Below are positions 60,414-61,864 of a DNA stretch of 61,864 nt, piece after piece. A program made the position numbers and the translations under genes. Numbering within the stretch: the stretch's first letter is position 1; each line of letters opens with the position of its first letter. The notes beneath the pieces were generated by a model. It searched no databases and was not told the origin of the DNA. It saw only the letters and a program-made list of their open reading frames with translations. Source of the DNA: Ministeria vibrans ATCC 50519 (taxonomy: Eukaryota; Protista; Filasterea); NCBI GenBank assembly GCA_943704425.1, contig CALSCP010000569.1:1-61864 (forward strand). Direction: 5' to 3'.

Positions 60414-61788
60414 ATGGCAATCGAGAGAAGACACTGGATCAGCATCTTCCTGGTGGTTGGCATGCTGGTCACCGGCTCGTTGAATACGCTCGCTGCCAAG
60501 GCTCAAAACCAAACCTCCTCGGTGGGTACCGACGGCATCTCCGAGCCCTTTTCGCATCCTTTTGTTCAGTCGTGGTTCATGTTCATTGGCGAGGTGAGTC
60601 AAAAATCGCACAAAGAAAGCAGAAAATCGCAAACCGTGGAGTACAGCCCCCCCCCCCTGTGCGCACCCATCCGTCTGCCAACGTGTAGCGTGCACCCTAC
60701 CTGATTAACATTGTGTCAAACTCCTCTCCGCTGCAGCTCTCGACCATCTTCGTTCTCATTTACGTGCGCTATAAGGAACGCAAAAGTGCTGCGGAACGGC
60801 AGGACATGAAAATCAACGACAACGGTAAGCAGGGCGACTTTGGTGGGCTACATGCCCATGTCCTTGCACCACCCTCCTCGCCGTCTGCGTCCGTTCGCGG
60901 TTTGTCGCGTGACTTTTTATTTCTGCAAACGTCTCTCTCTCTCTCTCTCACCCTCGTCAGCCGTAATCTCTGCGCAGTTACTTGCTTTCCCATGAACCCG
61001 TGCTTCCCTACGCCTGTCAATCTTGTCCACACAAAAGTGGCGTTGTATGTTTTTTTTTTTTTTTTTTTTTTTAACATACATTTTGTAATAATTATTTTGC
61101 GACGCTGAGCAAACCCCATTCTGTCTTGACGCATAGGCGACGCTGTGCCCAATGTGGACCAACCACGTTTAATCCAGCTGGTGTGTGCTGCGCCCGCTTG
61201 CTGCGACATCTTCGGGACGACGCTGGGCAATCTGGGGCTGTTGTACATTGACGCAAGCATCTGGCAGATGCTGCGCGGTGCCATCATCATCTTCACCGGC
61301 ATTTTGTCTGTCATTTTCCTCAAGCGCAAGCTGGGCCAGGCGCATCTCGTTGGCATGGCAATTGTGATTGTGGGTCTGATCATGGTGGGACTGTCGTCAG
61401 TGCTGGGTGCGCCTCCGTCGGGTGGTGGCGCAGGCAAGCAGGCACTCGGCATTGGCCTTGTGCTGGCGGGACAGTTGTTCGCAGCAACGCAAATGGTCGT
61501 CGAGGAGACAGTGCTGAAGAAGTACAATCTGCCGCCTATGCAAGTGGTTTCGAACGAGGGTCTGGTGGGTCTGAGCATCATGTCGGTGGTGGTCCTGCCC
61601 GCCGTCTTTTTCATTCCCGGCGACCAGACGTCACTCCCTGCGCATCTGCCCAAGGGCTCCTTTGACAACGCAATTGACGCCTTTGTTCAAATTGCAAACA
61701 GCGGCTCTCTCTTGGCCTTCACCATCATCTTTGTCTTATCCATTGCGTTTTACAACAGCTTTGGGTTGGCCGTCACTCAGCGCATGAC

Positions 61789-61864
<76 letters not shown>
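60414..61864 (+). CDS. SLC35F6: SLC35F6-like DMT/nucleotide-sugar-transporter-family protein (runs off the window end)
   Basis: GMLVTGSLNTLAAK, FSHPFVQSWFMFIGE, PACCDIFGTTL..GLLYIDASIWQMLRGAIIIFTGILS, QMVVEE. Confidence 0.88.

Noticed and set aside
1272-61864. Glycosylation gene cluster (GT17, GH116, GT23, SLC35F6)
   Set aside because: The genes are tens of kb apart and interspersed with unrelated housekeeping genes.

Overview
Gene-dense, intron-rich eukaryotic DNA: GT-AG introns mostly 50-150 nt, GC-rich exons, AT- and microsatellite-rich introns, and three N gaps. About 20 protein-coding genes can be reconstructed by eye, in order: LRR protein (partial), GT17/MGAT3-like, Pro-rich/coiled-coil/WH2-like adaptor, cathepsin L-like protease, importin-4, CENP-I, tail-anchored ankyrin protein, PB1-Cys-rich-GH116 glycosidase, Cys-repeat/EGF/REJ/GPS single-pass receptor, ankyrin-TRP channel, TPP II, SH3BP5-like, tandem CWCH2 zinc-finger protein, GT23/FUT8-like, eIF2B-beta, ethanolamine kinase, Mdm12, RPS15A (truncated at a gap), endosulfine/ARPP19, Wee1 and SLC35F6 (partial). 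Animal-like SH3BP5, Wee1 and MGAT3 together with an ERMES subunit suggest a unicellular relative of animals (inference). The most unusual items are the PB1-CCxP-GH116 fusion, a poly-Arg insert in a REJ/GPS receptor lying directly downstream of a TRP channel, a myosin-type SH3-like exon in front of importin-4, and composite E2F/CHR-like motifs at two cell-cycle genes. Several junctions fall on homopolymers or microsatellites and may be assembly artefacts. I saw no tRNA, rRNA, CRISPR array or transposase. All family calls come from motif recognition; no searches were run.
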